The notes under the pieces are model-generated. The model saw nothing but the letters and a program-made list of their open reading frames with translations. It was not told the origin of the DNA and did not search any database. Position numbers and translations under genes: made by a program. This document shows, piece after piece, positions 59,233 to 64,000 of a DNA stretch of 64,000 bases. Each line of letters starts with the position of its first letter. The stretch's first letter is position 1. The DNA comes from Vampirovibrionaceae bacterium NZW_1234 (GTDB lineage: Bacteria; Cyanobacteriota; Vampirovibrionia; Vampirovibrionales; JAGQHJ01): contig JBGUGD010000025.1 in the NCBI GenBank assembly GCA_041697335.1, forward strand, positions 131,764-195,763. The letters run 5' to 3'.

Positions 59233-61728
59233 ATGAGGATAAACAGGTCTTTTAACGGGTTTACCCTGGTAGAAAACATGGTTACCGCCGTCATTATCGG
59301 CGTTATTGTGACGTTTTCCCTCACGTCTCTCGTCCAGAATAACCAGAAGGCATCCATCGACTCGAAGATAAAAACCACCCAGCATCACCTGCACGAACTG
59401 GCCGCAATGGCCAATGTAAACGGCAACATGAACCGTCCACCCAGTGATATTTTCAAGTCATTGGCCGGTGTTGCCGATGTAAGAAGCTTCACGGATATGG
59501 CGGAGATGAAAACCCCTTTGGGTAAACTCCGTGTGCCCCATCAATGGGCACCCAACGCCAAGGGCGTCGCATTAATCCAGGCATTTCTGGACGAGGCACC
59601 CGATGCCGACCCCGAGTGTTTCGTGATATTTCAGTCCGGCCATGTACAACAGGCAAACGGACTATCCGGGTGCAACAATAACAGTGTCACCTGGGATGAG
59701 ATTCTCAACGAGCTGGGCCACGACAACCCCATCGCCCAGGATGCTTTTGAGGACTACCAACACCTTGCCAACAATCCACCATCCGCCACGGAATCGGAAA
59801 TTTCAACGGATTTCCCCTTTGACGACGCTGATGAGAGGGAAGATGTCTCAGAGCCGCCCCCACCGAATCCGGGCTTTGGATTGGATGCACCGCCCCTGAC
59901 ACTGCCCATTACCCTCAGTTGGTGTGAAGAACTTTACACCCCTGTTGACGGGTCACTGCCCCAATTCGATCCAATCAAGCTGACCGATGCCACTGCCGCC
60001 TTCGGCGGAAAAACGTTAACGCAAATTCAGCAAACCACAACCACCAACGCTGGGCTGATTAAGTTTCGCGAGTTTCTGGTCGGCGGTGGATTCAACTATC
60101 TGGATACCAACGGCAACAAAAAGCTGGAGACGACCGAACTGAACGCGGCCGCCAGTCTGGACAAAACCGACACCACCGGGTCATCGGGCGGAAACTACGT
60201 GCTGAGTTATGCCGATCTTCAGAACCGCATCGGCAATAACAATTTAAATGCCTGCAATCTGGTCGAACAACGAATTGTCGATGCTGAAGCCGCCATTAAC
60301 CAGGCTGCACAGGAAAGAGACACAGCCATCACAGCCGCAACCAGTGCCTACTATGCCGCCCTCGAAGAAGCCACCAAGGACAAGCAGGAAGCCATTAACG
60401 CTGCCACGGCGGCCAAGAACACGGCGCTCGCGCAAGCCGATGATGCTCGGGATACGGCGATTGCCGAAGCCGCAGAAGCCAGAGACAAAGCCTTGGCCGA
60501 GGCACAACGGGTCAGAGATGCCATCATCGCTGAAGACGAAATCAATATCCGAGCCATTCGCGACAGTGCCATTGCCGAAGCCAAGGACGCGCGAGACGCA
60601 GCGATTCGCATTGCCACTGAAATCCGGGATAACATTCTGGATGCAGCCAAGGCCCTTCGGGATGCAGCAATTGCAGAACTCGAAGCCGATAGAATCGCAG
60701 CCATCGCTGCCGCAAAAGATATCCGAACCAATGCCATTGCCGAAGCTCTGGCCCAAAAGAACGAAAGCCTGGCTGTGGCTCTTGACGTCAAAAATGCCGC
60801 TATAGCTCAGGCTGCCAACGAGCGTGATGCCATTATTGCCGAGGCCACACGTGTCAGAGATGCGGCCCTCCAGGAAGCCATCGCAGCACGAGACGCCGCC
60901 TTACAGGCAGCTACAACCGCCGCTCAGCGTACAGCCGCCATCAATGCATACAATCGTGCGGTTTCAATTGCCAACACAACCTACAATCAAGCTACAAATG
61001 CCGCAAGAACCCGGTACAACAGTGCTGTCCAAACGGCCAATGCAACCTACAACAGAACGGCCAACATCGCCAACGCAACCTATAATTCCAGCGTATCTGC
61101 CGCCAATGTTGCTTACAATGCAGCGGTTTACGATGCCAATGTGACCCGGAACAAAGCGGTGTACAATGCCAATGTCGCCTACAACGTGGTGGCAACCACT
61201 GCCAACGCCGCTCGCAATGTTGCCGTGGGGGCAGCCAATTCGGCCTACGCCATTGCGGTCAATTCTGCCAATACCAATTACGCCATTGCCTACAGAACAA
61301 CCGCCAAAACGGCAGAGGCCAATTATCAAAAGACCGTCACTGCGATTCAGACGACCTACAACCGTCAAGTAGCCACCGCCGATGCGGCCTACAACCGGGC
61401 GGCACAAGTGGTCAATACCCGTTTCAATGCTGCCGTTCAGGTGGCCAATGCCAACCACACCCGCGACGTCAACACGGCAACCCATCTTCGCAACGTTGCC
61501 GTCAATGCCGCAAAAACGGCTTATAGCGTCGAAACCCGGGTTCATACGGCGGTACTGAACCAAAGCCGTCAACAGGCCGGACGCCTCATGGCTGCCGAGA
61601 ACAATCTACGAACGGCCAACCAGCAACTTCAGAATGCAACTACCCCCCAAGGTGTCCGAACCGCCCAAGTCCGCCTGTATTACGCCAGAACCGCCGTCGC
61701 TTCGGCCCGCCGTTCCATCACCGGATAA
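59233..61728 (+). CDS. Giant type IV pilin/pseudopilin-like protein with EF-hand-like motif and hendecad coiled coil
   Basis: G|FTLVE prepilin cleavage motif plus hydrophobic helix; DTNGNKKLETTEL; about 36 eleven-residue repeats. Confidence 0.8.
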   Translation: MRINRSFNGFTLVENMVTAVIIGVIVTFSLTSLVQNNQKASIDSKIKTTQHHLHELAAMANVNGNMNRPPSDIFKSLAGVADVRSFTDMAEMKTPLGKLRVPHQWAPNAKGVALIQAFLDEAPDADPECFVIFQSGHVQQANGLSGCNNNSVTWDEILNELGHDNPIAQDAFEDYQHLANNPPSATESEISTDFPFDDADEREDVSEPPPPNPGFGLDAPPLTLPITLSWCEELYTPVDGSLPQFDPIKLTDATAAFGGKTLTQIQQTTTTNAGLIKFREFLVGGGFNYLDTNGNKKLETTELNAAASLDKTDTTGSSGGNYVLSYADLQNRIGNNNLNACNLVEQRIVDAEAAINQAAQERDTAITAATSAYYAALEEATKDKQEAINAATAAKNTALAQADDARDTAIAEAAEARDKALAEAQRVRDAIIAEDEINIRAIRDSAIAEAKDARDAAIRIATEIRDNILDAAKALRDAAIAELEADRIAAIAAAKDIRTNAIAEALAQKNESLAVALDVKNAAIAQAANERDAIIAEATRVRDAALQEAIAARDAALQAATTAAQRTAAINAYNRAVSIANTTYNQATNAARTRYNSAVQTANATYNRTANIANATYNSSVSAANVAYNAAVYDANVTRNKAVYNANVAYNVVATTANAARNVAVGAANSAYAIAVNSANTNYAIAYRTTAKTAEANYQKTVTAIQTTYNRQVATADAAYNRAAQVVNTRFNAAVQVANANHTRDVNTATHLRNVAVNAAKTAYSVETRVHTAVLNQSRQQAGRLMAAENNLRTANQQLQNATTPQGVRTAQVRLYYARTAVASARRSITG

Positions 61729-61955
61729 CCGGTTTCAGGTTAGACAGTCGAGTCGGATCTTTATCCGTCACGCCACGCCTTCGCCTCTGCACCCGAAAAC
61801 GTCCCGAATCGCCGTGCGATGCATTGGGCATAAAATGGTTTTCACCCGCGGCCCAGAGAGCTGTCCTTTGGCCGTCCCACACCGTGACCAGGGAAGCGGG
61901 AATGAATCCCCGGAAGTCATCATCGAAGAGGAGGTAGCCTCGTTTTTAAACACCT

Positions 61956-62354
61956 ATGATAGAGCCTATCATGCCGGAGAACCCAACATTAAATACCGAC
62001 TCACTCAGGAGTGACACGCTCTTCCAGCACACGCGCTATTGGATTGAGCAGTCCATGTGGCCGATACACTACCTTCGCTTTATGGTTGCTGCCGGGGAAA
62101 GAAGCAACCGCATCCTGGAAGTGCATTACCATCCCAATACCCCTCCCTTTAAAGGCTACTTCTACAAACAAACCGAAACACCCGTCTTTGAACTTCAACG
62201 GGTAAAACCGTATTCGGCATCCTACGATATTGTCTGGGCCACAGGTGAACGATTGGGGCAACTGGATCCATTCTTGAACTGGGCTCGAATCCCAAAACCC
62301 GAATTCCGATTGTTTGTTACATCAATCGAACTCACTCCTATCTTGCTGATATAG
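61956..62354 (+). CDS. Hypothetical protein
   Basis: 132-aa ORF; GGAGG upstream. Confidence 0.45.
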   Translation: MIEPIMPENPTLNTDSLRSDTLFQHTRYWIEQSMWPIHYLRFMVAAGERSNRILEVHYHPNTPPFKGYFYKQTETPVFELQRVKPYSASYDIVWATGERLGQLDPFLNWARIPKPEFRLFVTSIELTPILLI

Positions 62355-62579
62355 CGAAAACATTCGCCCTAAACTCCCCCGTGGTTTCAGAACAGGCTCT
62401 TGAGCAGAAAATGATGCTCAGACCTCATGTTTAACATAGCAGGAATTGACGAATCTCACAAAAGCCCATGGCATTAAGGCGCTCCCGGATGAAGCAGACC
62501 GACACATTTTTCGTGCATGGCAGTAAACTGCGATTGCGACCCAACAGCCATATTCCAGTGTCATTCATCAACTTTACGT

Positions 62580-63962
62580 TCACAGCCCCTGGAATAAAGC
62601 AGCGGTATTATATTGAAAATTTTCATAGCCTTCACGGATCGATTGATGAATTTCAAACGTGACATTATCCAGTTGATTTTTCAGAGTCTGGGCCTGTTGT
62701 TTTTTGGAGTTCAGGTTCGTTTGAAACGTCTGCATGAGCGTATCACGTTCAGCAATTTTTTGATTTATTTCCTGATTTAATTGTTGAATCTCTTGATCAT
62801 AAACCTCTATTTGAGATTCATTCGAGGCAATAGTTTGTTCAATGTTATTTACACTTGCCTCCAAGGAACAAATCGTATCTTGAGGTAAATTGCTATCGTC
62901 ATTCAGATTAATTGACTGTAACTGGTTTCTTGTCTCTTCCGCAGCTAACCGATCATTCACGGCCGCCTCTTCATTATTCATGATCTCGGTCTGGTCAGAG
63001 ATCAGAGCACTTATGATCGACTGTACCTGTTGTTGAGAAACCGGCTGTTCCAATCCGCTTAAACTACTCGATAAGCCTTCTAGTACACCTTTGGTATAAT
63101 TCAGTCTGGCATTCTTACGGGATAGAAAATCACGGGTTTCTTGACGTTCATCCCGTTCCTTGGTTAAGGAATTAATGTCATTGGTCCGGGATTTATACAA
63201 TGCACTGTAGTCAATTTTAAGCGTCAGCATGTCCCCATGGAGATCACTGATCTGACCATGCAAATTCTCGAATTGCGTTGTCAAATTCGTAATCGTTCCC
63301 ATTAATTGATTTGCCATTGTTGTGGCTTGGGCTTTCATCCGAGCATTCAGGATTGGTGCTTTGTTCGGGTCAGCCTGTATGCGCATAAAGGTCGGGTATA
63401 CACCAGGCTGTAGTAGCTGTGAATTCGCTAATCCCATCATTTTGGAGACTATAGGTTCGTTATTTCCATTTAAATTGTAGTGATCGACGCCAAACACATG
63501 ATAGATGCCCTTCTTTCTTTCAGGTTTATATTCATACCAGACATCGGTTGCAAGCTTATAGACTTGCTCATAATTAAATAAGGGCACCTGAACAGGTTGA
63601 CTGGCCTCTTCAGTCGTCGTTGTCGTTGGAGTTGTATTAGCTGTTGATTGAATAGAGGATGCTTGCTGTGAGGAATTCATTGCCGACATAGTGGTTGCGG
63701 AAGCAGAAGAGCCTGCTAAAGCTGAAAATGCATTATTTAGTGGAGACACGGGCGTGGATGAGACAGAATTTATCGTCGTCATTTGACTGGGTGTACTGTT
63801 GACAGCGTTAGTAGATGTGCCTTGAGTCCCGCTATTGAGCGTGACATTCGGTATGGATTGATTTGTAGAAATAAGAGGGTGCGGAAAAAGGTTGTGAATT
63901 TTCTGAGGCGTTAAAATAGAGGAAAGGCATTGAGAGAGGAGCTTTCCAAATGAATTTTGCAC
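62580..63962 (-). CDS. S/T-rich N-terminus plus long coiled-coil hypothetical protein; start uncertain near window edge
   Basis: Low-complexity S/T/N region followed by heptad-rich Q/E/N helices. Confidence 0.7.
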   Translation of the reverse strand: MQNSFGKLLSQCLSSILTPQKIHNLFPHPLISTNQSIPNVTLNSGTQGTSTNAVNSTPSQMTTINSVSSTPVSPLNNAFSALAGSSASATTMSAMNSSQQASSIQSTANTTPTTTTTEEASQPVQVPLFNYEQVYKLATDVWYEYKPERKKGIYHVFGVDHYNLNGNNEPIVSKMMGLANSQLLQPGVYPTFMRIQADPNKAPILNARMKAQATTMANQLMGTITNLTTQFENLHGQISDLHGDMLTLKIDYSALYKSRTNDINSLTKERDERQETRDFLSRKNARLNYTKGVLEGLSSSLSGLEQPVSQQQVQSIISALISDQTEIMNNEEAAVNDRLAAEETRNQLQSINLNDDSNLPQDTICSLEASVNNIEQTIASNESQIEVYDQEIQQLNQEINQKIAERDTLMQTFQTNLNSKKQQAQTLKNQLDNVTFEIHQSIREGYENFQYNTAALFQGL

Positions 63963-64000
63963 AGTTTGTTGTGAATGAGGTCTGTCCTGAGTACCGATTT

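Noticed and set aside
60304..61542. 33-nt periodicity as a possible CRISPR or DNA tandem array
   Set aside because: The repeats are degenerate at DNA level and explained by protein hendecads; no identical repeats with spacers and no cas genes

Overview
Bacterial chromosomal window, most likely from a non-photosynthetic Cyanobacteriota (Vampirovibrionia/Melainabacteria-like). This placement is inferred from an unsplit, intein-free dnaE, no photosynthesis genes and many lineage-style hypothetical proteins. Core genes are an ilvB-ilvH-ilvC-ilvA operon with a clear Ile/Val/Leu leader-peptide attenuator, ilvD, divergent carB/carA, perR-rubrerythrin with PerR-type boxes, mnmA, an MnmC-like methylase, split transketolase, fixCX, tRNA-Ser(GCT), ABC-F, FKBP and dnaE. 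The accessory part has five notable patterns. (1) About 15 unrelated enzymes or hypothetical proteins share an S/T/P/R-rich, acid-poor N-terminal leader ending in an (R/H/A)F(G/S/A)-type motif, a candidate export signal. (2) A coiled-coil/winged-helix gene sits amid about 15 copies of a TGYACTTAA motif, mostly in three AT-rich intergenic clusters. (3) A giant type IV pilin-like protein has a mirror-symmetric hendecad coiled-coil hairpin. (4) Three calpain-like protease paralogs carry FHA-like and GNAT-like domains. (5) Several structured intergenic RNA candidates are present, including a possible 6S RNA. No CRISPR array, rRNA or transposase was seen. All domain calls are by eye from motifs; no searches were run.
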